From Eledone cirrhosa (lineage: Eukaryota), in assembly GCA_964016885.1 (NCBI GenBank), contig OZ024740.1, forward strand, positions 135,346,001 through 135,410,000: a DNA stretch of 64,000 nt, given 5' to 3'. Position numbers and translations under genes: made by a program. The notes under the pieces are model-generated. The model made no database searches. It saw only the letters and a program-made list of their open reading frames with translations, and was not told the DNA's origin. Below, piece by piece: positions 1 to 11,448 of this stretch (position 1 is the stretch's first letter; the number at the start of each line of letters is the position of its first letter).

Positions 1-23
1 GCCCCCTTGTTATCGAGTATTGC

Positions 24-330
24 CATTGCACGATATACCATTATTAATGATTATTAATTAATTCTATCGTGCAATGCCTGTGCATGAAGATATTTTTTAA
101 AGTGAGGAAAGACTGTGCACTGAGCCAATCCCACTCTCTGAGTGACAGTAGCTATAACCTGAAAAGAAGAAAAGATCAACATCATCGGTAACTACTGAGC
201 CGCAGGTTTTATATCGGAGTTATCCCAGTTTCCTGAGTTGGCTTCTCCTAGAAGAATGCCCTGACAAAGGCTATGGGTCCTTCACTCCCAGTGGTTTAAT
301 CGCGCGATCGGGTGTCCAGCCCGACTATTT
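24..330 (-). mobile_element. Interspersed repeat fragment resembling an RTE-type LINE 5' UTR / non-autonomous RTE element
   Basis: Minus strand reads ...AGCCTTTGTCAGGGCATTCTTCTAGGAGAAG...AACTCCGATATAAAACC, similar to a motif recalled from RTE 5' UTRs; 12-bp inverted repeat CATTGCACGATA/TATCGTGCAATG at 24-76. Confidence 0.3.
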
Positions 331-404
331 CTATGTCCCCCTGCATATACACACACATGCACCCATGTATATACACATGTACATATATATACATATGTAC
401 ATGT

Positions 405-620
405 GTATATACATATTTACACACTTTTGGACGGCTGTTGACTCTTATGAGTTCTTCCGACCTTTGTCAGGTTTTGTTTTTTGTCCTGCAGGGTGTCCAA
501 AATCACCCTCCTCAGCAAGTAAACTTGGTGGGGCTGCCAGCTTAGTTGCCAACGACCCGACCATGCGACAGGTTGTATTAGGTTACATATTACCAGTAAC
601 ACTCAAGAGTTACCCGACGT
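405..620 (-). repeat. Dispersed ~200-bp repeat, copy 1 (probable retroposon 5' fragment)
   Basis: Reverse complement aligns by eye with 6531-6688 (TACTGGTAA.ATGTAACC..TACAACCTGTC.CATGGT.GGGTCGT...CCACCAAG...GGACACC.TGCA.GA...ACCTGACAAAG); flanked by CATA/TA microsatellites. Confidence 0.6.
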
Positions 621-883
621 AACATAACATACATACATACATACATTGCCATGGTAAACCCAAAATAATAATTTTATTTTTTCATGGCATGACAATAAAT
701 ATCTTCTTCTTCCATTTATTCACCAAGCGTGCTGATTCAAAGGAAATAGATATCTCCAAAGTGATTGCTTCAGGCACACAATTTTTTTCTCTTGACCATC
801 AAAAATCAATCTATGATGGTGTACATTGTAACATCAGTTTTAGCTGTCAAAAACTAACAACTCCCATATAACATAATTAACTA

Positions 884-2264
884 ATCATCATCATCATCAT
901 CATCATCGTTTTACGTCCGTTCTTCCACGCTAGCATGGGTTAGACGGGTTGTCCTGTTGTGGGCGGTGTCCAGTCAGCTGACCTTGTCTTGCTCATACAG
1001 GAACTGATTCTGGCTTGATTTCTACAACTGGATGCCCTTCCTAACACCAACCTCATTTACAGTGAGTGCTGGGTGCTTTTTTGCCGTGGCACCTCCACGA
1101 CCACTTTGCAGTGGGAGGGTGTGGGGGCATATTGTCTATATGCTTCAGCTTCGGCTTATTCCTGTAGTTGGGGTCGGGTCTTCTGTATTACTGCGTGACG
1201 TCAGAGGTCACGGTCGTGTGTCATTGCTCTTGGGTACAATTGGGTAAGGTTGGCCTTTATCACCTCATCCCAGGTCTTCTTGGGTCTCCCCACTCCGCGG
1301 CTTCCATCAACTTCTAGTGCTCTGCACCTTTTTATGCAACTGTCATTCTTCATCACATGTCCATACCAACGTAACCTCCTCTCCTGCACACAGCATTTGA
1401 TTCCTCTGATGCTCAGTCTCTCAATTCGTTTATACTTTGCCGTTCGCGTATATTACTTTTACACATTGATCGGAGCATGCAGGCTTCATTTCTTTCTAAT
1501 CTGCACAAGTCTTCTACAGACAGTGCCCAGGTTTCACTTCCATGTAACATTGCTGTTCGTATACACACACATCATACAGTCTGCCTTTCATTTTGAGGGA
1601 AAAGCCTTTTGCAGCTAGCAGTGGCAGTAGCTCCCTGAACTTCTTCCATCCCATTCTTACCCTAGTTATTGTACTTTCCGAACACCCACCTCCGCTGCTA
1701 ATTCGGTCACCTAGGTAGCAGAAGCTGTCTACTGTTCCTACAGAGCCCTCCCAGAGATTGGTGGTACTTGTTCCCTGTGGCCGTTTGCTGCTTGCTGTCC
1801 CAGCACAGCTGCTGCATGTGAAGCCTAGATTCTTAGTTAAGCTTCCTGAGATCCCGCTACATCTCTCGTGTACCCATTGTTTGCATTTGGGGCAGAGAAT
1901 GGAGTTCCTACCTACACCTTTCCTACATACTGAGCAAGGCCATTTCCTTGAGAGAATATGGGTTCTGTTTTCTCGTCTACTTACAAGAACCTTAGTTTTT
2001 GTCAGGTTAACTTTGAGACCCTTTCTTTCTAGTCCCTGCTTCCATGTTTGGAATTTCTTCTCTAGTTCCACCATGGATTCAGCTATAAGTGCGAGATCAT
2101 CTGCATACAGGAGTTCCCATGGGCATCCGGTCTTAAACTCCTCCGTTATTGCCTGCAAAACTATAATGAACAGGAGAGGGCTAAGAACAGAACCCTGGTG
2201 GACACCAACCTGTATGCTAAATTCCTTGCTATATTCATTGCTAACTCTAACTTTTCTGACTGCT
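884..2264 (-). mobile_element. 5'-truncated, frameshifted RTE-clade LINE (older subfamily of the PHD-bearing RTE)
   Basis: ORFs 1514-2158 and 1201-1389 encode GCPWELLYADD, the C4HC3 finger, DSFCYLG and RRLRWYGHV..GRPKKTW; the 3' UTR has GGAAGGGCATCC, a CCATGCTAGCGTGG hairpin and a (GAT)n tail at 884-907. Confidence 0.93.
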
Positions 2265-2436
2265 AATATATCAATATAATTGGTTGATAAAAGTTCTTTT
2301 GTTTTGTATTCTGATTCATATCCAGTTAAATCCAGTTATTGGTTACTGAATAGCTTATACAGATCACACACACATATCATCCACATCACCATTTTCCATG
2401 CTTGCATGTGTTGAACAGTATATATATATATATATA

Positions 2437-2615
2437 TCATCATCATCACCATCTTCGTTTAACGTCCATCTTCCACGCTAGCATGGGTTAGACGGGAGTT
2501 GTCCCACTTGAGGCAAGGTTGGTCGGGTGACCGTGTCTCGCTCATATAGTACTATTTGGCAGATTTTCTATGGCTGGATGCCCTTCCTAACACCAACCAC
2601 ATTTACAGTGTGGTT
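2437..2615 (-). mobile_element. Short 3'-end fragment of the RTE family (3' UTR plus GAT tail)
   Basis: Matches the 3' terminus of the long copies (GGATGCCCTTCCTAACACCAACCACATTTACAG; CCACGCTAGCATGGG; CAT repeats); sits in (TA)n. Confidence 0.85.
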
Positions 2616-2649
2616 ATATATATATATATATATATATGAATAAAGTATG

Positions 2650-3120
2650 CTCTGATGGATGTGTATTATTTATGTGCATGAGTGACATAGCATAAAACAA
2701 ACAGAAATGCAGAGAAATCCCAGTGGTTGGGACCTGTGGAAGAGGCAGACCAAAGAAAATATGAGATGAAGTTTTGAAGACTGACTTTAAAAGAACTAAA
2801 CCTCACAACAGAAATGACTAAAGACCCCAAGGGCTGACACTATGCAGTACTGAGGAAGACCCGACCTGCAGCATACAATGTGACCTGACCTACTTCATGC
2901 TGTAAAGTGGTCGGTGATAGGAAGGGCATCAAGCCATAGAAATTTTACCAAAGAAAAGGATCAGGAGGACCGTCCGTTGTGTCGAAGACATGACAGCCTC
3001 TCATGTACATTTGGTGGAGTGTTGACTGTACATAATGTGAAACACATATCCCTGGCCTGCCTGGAAGATCAATGGCTAGACCCATCCAACCCTAACTAGC
3101 AGGGAAAGCAGACAATAAAA
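2650..3120 (+). mobile_element. Degenerate RTE LINE 3' end (old subfamily)
   Basis: Broken translation KCREIPVVGTCGRGRPKK...TEMTKD...YAVLRKTR matches the RTE C-terminus; followed by GGAAGGGCATC and a degenerate terminal hairpin. Confidence 0.75.
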
Positions 3121-3123
3121 ACT

Positions 3124-3163
<40 letters not shown>

Positions 3164-3463
3164 ATATATATATGGGATAACAAATTATCGTTATAGGTAA
3201 TCCAGTTAGAGGTTGTGAATACACCGTATTGTGGACAGTTTTAGCGTACAGCGTTGTTTGACTCAACAAGAGGTTTCCTTAGGTAGCGAGTTTGCGAGTT
3301 CTCGGGAATTCTTATGCAGGTTAATCTTGGAGTAATAATAGGTGAATTGAGTGACACAACTTCAAGTGATTAGTAATTTTTAGACAACTTAATCAATGAA
3401 ACAATTGTTAATACTGTAAATAAAATCCTTTTTGTGCTGTTGACTATGTTATTCTTCACTCTT

Positions 3464-3467
<4 letters not shown>

Positions 3468-3550
<83 letters not shown>
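3468..3550. repeat. (TA)n microsatellite
   Basis: About 41 uninterrupted TA units. Confidence 0.98.
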
Positions 3551-3552
<2 letters not shown>

Positions 3553-3699
3553 AAAATTAAATTAAGGGTTGTCATGTCTGAGAGACATGCACCATATCCA
3601 TCCGGGATATGACTACTGTGATTTACCGATTAATAGGTGAAATATATTTTTTATTTAAAGAAATATATATAATAATAATGAAATTATTGTGTAAAGTGC

Positions 3700-5165
3700 T
3701 CAGGTGCACTACAACTCGTCAAAGGTGTATGTAGAGTACATAGAATGATACACAAATGTCAGGGAAGTGAATAGTGTATGGGTCATGGTATACATGTGTG
3801 TATGTGTATGGAGAGGGAACATTAGGTGTAGTGTTGGCGGATCTCGGGAAGCATGGAGGTTTTAAAGGATGCAGTGTCTCGACAGCTAACAACTGATGCA
3901 GGTAGTTTGTTCCATGCTTCAGCAACTCTGAGCGTGAAAAAATGTTTCCGAAAGTCATGGGAACTGTGCTGTTTTCTGACTTTGTGGGCATGTCCACGTG
4001 TGTTAGACACATGGAGATCAAAAAGGTACTCAGGGTTGTTGTTGGCAAGATGGTTAACAATTTTGTTGGTGTTTACCAAGTCAGTTGCCAGGCGTTGGAG
4101 CTTCAATGTATCCATGCCCAAGGAAGCAAGGCGTTCAGAGTATGGTAGATGCCTGATGGAGGGTATTCGCTTGGTTGCACGTCTCTGAACAGTTTCCAGG
4201 CGGTCAATGTTCTGAGCAAGATAGGGATTCCAGACTGGTGACGCAAATTCTAAGTGTGGCTGCACCATAGCCATGTACAGCATTAAATAGATAGCTGGAG
4301 AGCGGCTGACAAAGGTCTTGCTGAGTGATGCTAAGACACCCTCGGCCCTCTTGACAATTTTAGAGACGTGCTTCGTCCAACGCAAATCGCTGCTGACAGT
4401 AATGCCCAGGTCACATTCACAAGAAGACTTCTTGATATTAGTGCTGTGGAGGGAGTATGTGGACGCTGGGTTTTAACTCCCAAAATGCATGGTGGTGCAC
4501 TTGTCCACAGCTAGCTTGAGTTGCCAGTCTGAGATCCATTGTTGCATTGTGTCCAGGTCAGACTGCAAGCAAGATCTATAGTGTTCAGGATCTGTCCTTT
4601 TTATCTCAAGGTACAGCTTGATGTCATCTGCGTACTTTAGTACCGTGGCATTCTTTAAGTTGGCATCTATGTCATTAATATATGCCACAAACAAAAGGGG
4701 ACCAAGAACAGATCCCTGTGGTACACCAGATGACATCTCATATGGTGAGGAATGCTGTCCCAGAACCGTGACTACCTATCTTCGACTGAGAATGAAGGAC
4801 TTCAACCAGTTAAAAAGGTCATCCTTCACACCCATTGCAAAGAGTTTTGCCATAAGCCTTTTGTGTGGCACAGAATTGAAGGCTTTCGCAAAGTCAAGGT
4901 AAACAACATCCATCCATGAGCCGCCATCAGTGATCCGGGTGATGTCCTCAAGAAACTCTATAAGTTGATCACAGCAGCTGGAGTTGGGGATAAATCCAAA
5001 TTGCAAGGGCCGGATAAGACAGTGAGAGCTCTAGAAGTTCCAAAGTGTTTCTCTGACACAGGATTCCATCAGTTTGGCAATGCAACTAGTAAGACTGACT
5101 GGACGATAGTTCACAGGTGATGTGTGGTCACCCTTTTTGAACAGAGGAATGACACTGGCAGTTTT
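3700..5165 (-). mobile_element. 5'-truncated CR1-group LINE ORF2 (RT and C-terminus), disrupted
   Basis: ORFs 4776-5006 (QFGF...DVVYLDFAKAFNSVPH), 4473-4736 (SGVPQGSVLGPLLF..YIND...YADD) and 3822-4385 (PHLEFASPVWNP..LETVQRRATK...FFTLRVAEAWNKLP) are colinear CR1-type motifs separated by stops/frameshifts. Confidence 0.92.
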
Positions 5166-5275
5166 CCATATACAAAGGAAATTAATCATTTTAAAACGTG
5201 TGATTGTTTCATATGTTTATTTATATATATATATGTCAATCTATTTCTAGTTGATATATATATATATATATATAT

Positions 5276-5308
5276 CATGCTAGCATGGAAGATAGACGTT
5301 AAACGATA

Positions 5309-5348
<40 letters not shown>
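5276..5348 (+). repeat. RTE-type 3' terminus with expanded (GAT)n tail
   Basis: CATGCTAGCATGGAAGATAGACGTTAAAC followed by about 14 GAT units. Confidence 0.8.
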
Positions 5349-5349
<1 letters not shown>

Positions 5350-6116
5350 AAATGTGTATATATATATATATATATATATTGATGATGATAATGATGATGA
5401 TGATATATAAATATATATATTATAAAATTGTAGAAATCTGAAACATGGAAATAGCTGTAAAACAACCAGCAGCTATTATGCATACGAAAGAGTTGTGTTA
5501 AAATATAACCTCTTTTGAGCAGAAGAATGGTCAGAGAAAAAGGGAGAGAGGGAGAGAATGAAAGAAAGAATGTAAACCATATGATGAGAACGATGGAACA
5601 AAATTCTTTGCTGCATTGTTCTCCTCATATGCTTTAGACTCTGTTTTGACCTTTATTGATATGCAAAATGAACCTCGACAAGATTTCAGCTATTACTGTT
5701 TTCTTTACGTCGATTATGCTTTTGGTAAAGGCATGAAAACTAATATTTCCCGTTCTCCAAAAAAAAAAACTCGAAAAATAAAATAATTATTCCATATTTA
5801 TTTTCAGATCATACCTAATAAACAAGAAAAATAATTATTGATAAACAAGAAGGAGTTATTTCCCTTGAAAATTAACTACTTTTCAGAATAGAGATATGTA
5901 GAGTTGCTGGTAGCTTTTTAAAATATAAAATGCACTGAAACAAATCAACGTGGGGTGGGTTCCACTACATGGTTGTTCAACGTGGTAGATACGGCAGCCA
6001 AACTCCCTCAGATCACATCCCATCATCTCAAAAAAAGAAGGATACACTTGACCATATAGTTCTTGATATGTCTTTCATCATACATCTGCTCAATCAATGC
6101 AGTGAGAAAAAATGCA

Positions 6117-6285
6117 GTGAGAAAAAAAACAACCCATTCCTGCTTCACTTAAACTTCTCAATCACTCACTAACTGTACTTATGTACAGCTAGTGAGTGAT
6201 TTTAAAATCAATGGATGTAAGCCAGTTATAGAGGCAATCAGTCATTGAGAAGTTAAAGTGAAGCAGGAATGGGTTTTTTTCTCAC
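6117..6285. mobile_element. MITE-like fold-back element with ~45-bp terminal inverted repeats
   Basis: GTGAGAAAAAA..ACCCATTCCTGCTTCACTTAAACTTCTCAAT pairs with ATTGAGAAGTTAAAGTGAAGCAGGAATGGGTTTTTTTCTCAC; there is a further internal hairpin AATCACTCACTAACTGTAC/GTACAGCTAGTGAGTGATT. Confidence 0.7.
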
Positions 6286-6530
6286 GTATGTTCAACAAAT
6301 AGGATAAGTTCAAACTTTATACCATGTAGACATAAAATATTATTTTTGCCAAGTTTTGATGTTGCTAAGATTTAGTGTGTCAAACAACCAATGTATTGCA
6401 TGTATTTTTTAGACCTAATCCTAATAATTCCACTTATTTTGTCTGTTAAACAATGATTTTACATCTTTGTCTACTACATTAGCCATGTAGGAAGCTTGTC
6501 ATACATACATATATACATATATATGTATAT

Positions 6531-6688
6531 CAGGTCACTCCTGTGTGCTACTGGTAACATGTAACCCAGTACAACCTGTCACATGGTTGGGTCGTCAATA
6601 ATTAAACCGGCAACTCCACCAAGCTTGCTTGGTTAGGAGGGCAATTGGACACCTTGCAAGATATGAAAACAAGACCTGACAAAGTGTA
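6531..6688 (+). repeat. Dispersed repeat, copy 2 (inverted relative to 405-620)
   Basis: Aligns with the reverse complement of about 460-620. Confidence 0.6.
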
Positions 6689-7487
6689 TATACAACAGTG
6701 TGTATATATTGTGTGGGTGTGTAAATGTATATATGTGTTAGAGCTTGAAGTGTATTGGTGAGTGACTCTATGCCAATCAATAGGGTGGGTTTATTTTATT
6801 TGATTTAGTCTAGAATGTCTGTATGTGCAACTGCAATAATGTAACAGATGTGATAGTTGTATTCCATTACTGATCACATAGGACTCTGAGGGAAATTTTA
6901 TAAGATGGAATAAGATTGCTTTCAGTCTCTGAGACTTGGGGGGAATTCTTTCAAATTTCAAGGAGCCTGAGAGGTTTCTTTTGAGGGTGGGAGCATCAGA
7001 TATTCACAAGTCCCTTTTTAGTTCTTCATTCTCCAGATTAAGAAACCAGTTTCACTTGAGCTTTCCAGAGACACAGCAACTGTTGGAAACTGAAATATTT
7101 CTTTATCTTATGTATATGAAATATAAGTGATGAACTCATTAGAATGTCAGGCAGAAGGCAGTCTTGAATCATGATTGGATTAGTTCTTTCCAGTTATATA
7201 ACTAATCTTATTCCTTTCCTTTGAATAATGTAAGGCCTTATCTCTAGGTCAAAAATAAATATTAAGTCTGTATGCTTCATTCTTTTTCATTCAGGTTCTG
7301 TAACAATAGAAAATAGTGGGGGTGGGGGGTGACGTTGGACGATGATGATGATGATGCTATCTTCATCATCATTTGGCATCTGTTTTGCCTACTCATGGAG
7401 GATGGATAGGTTGTCACAGAATGGGCCGGTGTGTTCCTGTGTTCTGCCAAGTGTATTTTGTCATAGCACTGGCATATGTATGTGTGC

Positions 7488-7521
<34 letters not shown>

Positions 7522-7679
7522 ATGCCTATTCAACCCTTGTCAACAGCAAAAATGGACATTAAAAGATAAAAAAGAGGATGATGATATATATATATACTGT
7601 AGTAAAAGTTTATAAGAACTATTCAAAGGTAAGAGCACTCAGTCCATAGGTTGAGTTAAGTATAATTAGTTACAACGGT

Positions 7680-7809
7680 GACATATACAGGTACTTAAGT
7701 TTCGTTGGGTTATGAACCCCAACTCATTCAGACGTTCCTCTTTGTTTTTATAACAGGCTGAATGAGTTGGGGTGCATAACCCAACGAAACTTAAGTACTT
7801 GTATATGTC
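7680..7809. repeat. 52-bp inverted repeat (arms 7680-7731 and 7758-7809) made of two opposed hammerhead copies; Penelope-like terminus
   Basis: Arms are reverse complements with about 2 mismatches; 26-nt spacer. Confidence 0.85.
7753..7802 (+). ncRNA. Minimal type I hammerhead ribozyme motif (Penelope-like element type)
   Basis: Stem I ACAGG/CTTGT; core CTGAATGA (one extra nt versus CUGANGA); stem II GTTGGG/CCCAAC; GAAA; palindromic stem III ACTTAAGT; GTA cleavage triplet ending at 7797. Confidence 0.72.
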
Positions 7810-8633
7810 CTTGACTCCTTCTTCCTCACTTTTCATTGCTTCACCATCTTTGTTTGTTTACACTCTCGTGTCCCCTTTATTTACGTGTCCCAACGACTTT
7901 TTTTAGCCGTTGCTCGCATCAACCGGAGGTATATGGTCTTTAAAGCGATGAAATACCAATGATGGTTGGAAGATCACTGATGAAGGACTAACTTTATTCA
8001 TATGTAACCCATTAGCAACCACGCAGCACGTTTATTCTCATATTTACACATATTTTTTCCCCCCCGCTGTGACCCATCTATTTCGTTCTTACTGCTTCCT
8101 CTTTCTCTGTATCTTTACCCTCTCTAACAGTCACTCTCTCTGTTAGCCTCTTCCTCACCCTTCACTCACTCACTCTCTGTTACTACCTCTCCTCCTCCTC
8201 CTTCTTTCCATTTGACCTGTGCGTAATTCTTTTCTTTCGCACCCTTGGTCAGGCAGGTCGCTTTTTTCTCTCTCTCGTCTACGATTTCACAGAACTTACG
8301 TTCACCGAATTCACAGACTAGATCCCTTCTTCCTCCCATTAGACCTGTACGGAATTCCTTCCTTGCTCACATTCCAACCAGGTTTGATGGTCTTTATTCT
8401 CTCTCATTCACGATTTCACCGAATTTATATTCATGGAAATTTTGGACTTGACTCCTTCTTCCTCACTTTTCGTTGCTTCACCATCTTTGTTTGTTTACAT
8501 TCTCGTGTCCTCTTTATTTACGTGTCCCAACGACTTTTTTTAGCCATTGCTCGCACCAACCGGAGGTATATGGTCTTTAAAGCGATGAAATACCAATGAT
8601 GGTTGGAAGATCACTGATGAAGGACTAACTTTA

Positions 8634-8640
<7 letters not shown>
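7810..8640 (+). repeat. 194-bp direct repeats (7810-8003, 8447-8640), probable Penelope-like pseudo-LTR remnant
   Basis: Near-identical CTTGACTCCTTCTTCCTCAC...CACTGATGAAGGACTAACTTTATTCATAT in both copies; CTGATGAAGGACTA is shared with the Penelope-like remnant near 32980. Confidence 0.75.
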
Positions 8641-8676
<36 letters not shown>

Positions 8677-8681
8677 AAAAC

Positions 8682-8975
8682 GAAGTTTCATTTACATGTT
8701 TTTATTGAGTACCAATTTGTTACATGCGTTTCACAGATAATTGGCTCAAAGACACCTATGGAAGCTATGGACCTGACTCCAGCATTGATCTGTTTGTCAG
8801 ACTTGGTGGTTCAACAACAAATAGAGTGTTTATTGAATCACCTGTCTGATGGGTAGATCGATGCTAGAGTCAGGTCCATAGCTTCCATAGGTGACCTTGA
8901 GCCAGTCATCTGCAAAATGAGTGTAACAGGCCAATACTCAATAAAAACACAAAAACATGTAAAACAAAACTTCAT
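8682..8975. mobile_element. ~290-bp palindromic (fold-back) element next to (TA)n
   Basis: GGCTCAAAGACACCTATGGAAGCTATGGACCTGACTCCAGCATTGATCT pairs with AGATCGATGCTAGAGTCAGGTCCATAGCTTCCATAGGTGACCTTGAGCC; the outer arms also pair imperfectly. Confidence 0.8.
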
Positions 8976-9041
8976 CCAGGTGAAACTTGAACCGTTAAGG
9001 TCTCATTCCTAGATATGTCAATATTTATAAAACAAACTTTG

Positions 9042-9102
9042 TATTTTATCTGATGAGAGCGTACCAAAGTTTTGGTACCCTTGAAATATATATAATAGAA
9101 TA
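9042..9102 (+). ncRNA. Minimal type I hammerhead ribozyme motif with canonical core
   Basis: Stem I TATTTTAT/ATAGAATA; CTGATGA (9050-9056); long stem II GAGCGTACCAAA/TTTGGTACCCTT; GAAA (9083-9086); palindromic ATATATAT stem III; ATA triplet ending at 9094. Confidence 0.72.
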
Positions 9103-9289
9103 AATATGGTTTTATAAATATAGTTTCCATTTATTAATATCATTGATATTATTCTCCAAAAATCGGTTGAGTGCTTCGAATCTGTTATAAATATATTTGT
9201 TGAATTACCAATAAATTAAATATCCCTTTGCTTATATATATATATATATATATATATCATACATCATAATTTTTACATCCACACTTTCC

Positions 9290-10830
9290 TATGCTTCTAT
9301 GCAGAAGCATAACTAGGGTATAGCAAGCATGGCATGTGCCATGGGCACCAATTGAAGTGGGAGTGCCATTTGGACTAGTAACACTTTCTGTTAAAGTGAG
9401 AGGTGTAAAGATGGATTGAGGAGGGCATATTAATCCCTTGGAAAGAGGAGATAGAGAGTGGAGTGCTGCTGCTAATGGCAGTAATGCAGCCAATGAAGAA
9501 CAAGGTTATCTGGTGCTGGACTTTCACGAACTGAATGAACACGTGTCATGTCACACAGGCAGCAAAGTTACAGATGTTTGTGGGGAAACCTTGTGAGAGT
9601 GGAGACAAATGACGGGGCCCTCCATGGTTGTTGACTTAAAGCCAGCATATCTGCAGCTACATGTAGTTGAGAAACTGTGGCAATTAGGTATAGGGGCCAG
9701 AGATACTGCTTGACCAGGCTGGTGTTTGAGTTGAAAGATCCTGGTGACAGTCCTCAAGGCCATTTTGAGAAAGGTGGACAAAATGAAGAGGGCCACTAAT
9801 TCCTACACTGACGATATCTTGGTAGACGAGACTGTGGTGTCCGCAACAGAGGTCTCAAGCCACCTAGAAAGGTTTGGGTTAACCGTGAAACAACCAGAGG
9901 TGATGGAAGGCGGAGCTGCAAGACAGGCACATTGCTATTTCAAAGGGGAAATGAAATCCCAGAACTGGGCAACAGCATGGACAGATGAGAACTTTTCTTG
10001 ATGTGTGGGAAATAGGTGAGCCACTATCTAATCACAGGGTGGATCTGAACAGCATGCAGCTATCTTAAGAGATAAACAGATGGGGTGATCTGGGGAGACA
10101 GGTGGGAGAGAGGATGATGGCGGAGATCGTGGAGAGCGTAAAGATGGAGGACCCAGTGAGAGGAAGCTGGTATGTACTCAGATTGAAAAAAATGAGCATA
10201 GCGCTAGGGGTCATTCTGGAAACAGGGTGTGTCAAGGTTGAGGATACAGCCTGGCTAAGGAAGGAGGACTGCAACCACATCAACATGGCCAAATTAGATG
10301 CCATGCTAAAGGAAGTGAATCTCGCCCTGAGATAGGGTCTGTGTACTATAGAGATTTGTTCTGATTTGGCTACTGTACTTGGATGGGTGAGATCAGTGCT
10401 AACCAGCAAGAGGAGAATGCAAATAAAAGGAGCAGCTGAGATGCTAATAAAGCACTGCCTGAGAAATCTGGGAGAGCTAGCTGCTGAGTTTGGCCTGAAG
10501 TTGAGTGTGGACTTTGTGCCCTCATAGAAAAATATGGTGGACATCCTAACCAGGGTAAAGAAAGCCTGGCTGGAAGTACCAGAGGATGCGTAAAGGGGAT
10601 AGATACAGTGTGTTGACTCAGAATTGAGAAGGTTGAAAACCACGCATCATATGGGAATGGATAGGACTCTGTTCCTAGCCAGGAAAGTTGACTCCAGAGT
10701 GTCCAGAAAGTGGTTGGGGGTTGCGACGTCAGTCTATTGACCCCACCCCGTGTGTGCACATGATGGGTAATATCCCAGCAAAGCACAACAGGAAGCAATT
10801 GGCAATGGATGTAACACACTACCGACAGGA
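9290..10830 (+). mobile_element. Heavily degraded Gypsy-like LTR retrotransposon pol fragment
   Basis: Fragmentary motifs DFHELNEHV, VVDLKPAYLQLHV, SYTDDILV...HLERFGL and RNase H-like HINMAKLDAMLKEVNLAL, with many stops and frameshifts. Confidence 0.75.
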
Positions 10831-10935
10831 TTTGACCTGAACATTCATTTATATTTATTTATTTATTATTTATTATTTATTTTAATGGTTGTAATTTCCA
10901 CAGCTCTATAACAATAAGAATGCATTGTTTTGTTT

Positions 10936-11190
10936 CATCATCATCATCATCATTTAACATCTATCTTCCACGCTAGCATGGGTTTAGACAGGAATTGCCC
11001 CACTTGAGGCAAGATTGGTCGTCTCGCTCTTATAGGACTGTCTGACAGGTTTTCTACGGCTGGATGCCCTTCCTAACACCAACCATGTTTACAGTGTGGA
11101 CTGGGAGGTTTTTACCGTGTTACCTACACGGCTACATTACAGTATGGACTGTGTGTTTTTTTTGTCGTGACACCTACACGACCTCATTTA
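10936..11190 (-). mobile_element. RTE family 3' UTR fragment with GAT tail
   Basis: Matches 12121-12380 by eye, including the two ~48-bp modules. Confidence 0.85.
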
Positions 11191-11255
11191 TTTTATTAAA
11201 TAGAGGAGGAGGGGGTTGTATTGTTACCTTTGTAAGCGCTTCCAGAGTGGTTAGA

Positions 11256-11448
11256 TTAACCCTTTAGCATTTACATTACTCTATATTTATTATTGTATTT
11301 TCATGGTAAAAGCTTTACCTCACATAATTATCTCATTTTGAGAACAATACCTTAACATCAGTATGATCAGCTGGTTACAACCATTTTGAACAGAAAGAGG
11401 TGAGAGAATCTTGGCCGGATATGGCTGGTTTAAATGCTAAAGGATTAA
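11256..11448 (+). mobile_element. TTAA-flanked piggyBac-type MITE, family A
   Basis: TTAA|CCCTTTAGCATTTA ... TAAATGCTAAAGGA|TTAA; homologous copies at 17179, 53694 and 61378. Confidence 0.85.

Noticed and set aside
7973-8003. Complete hammerhead at CTGATGAAGGACTA (also at ~8613)
   Set aside because: No stem II closure or downstream GAAA; only a half motif.
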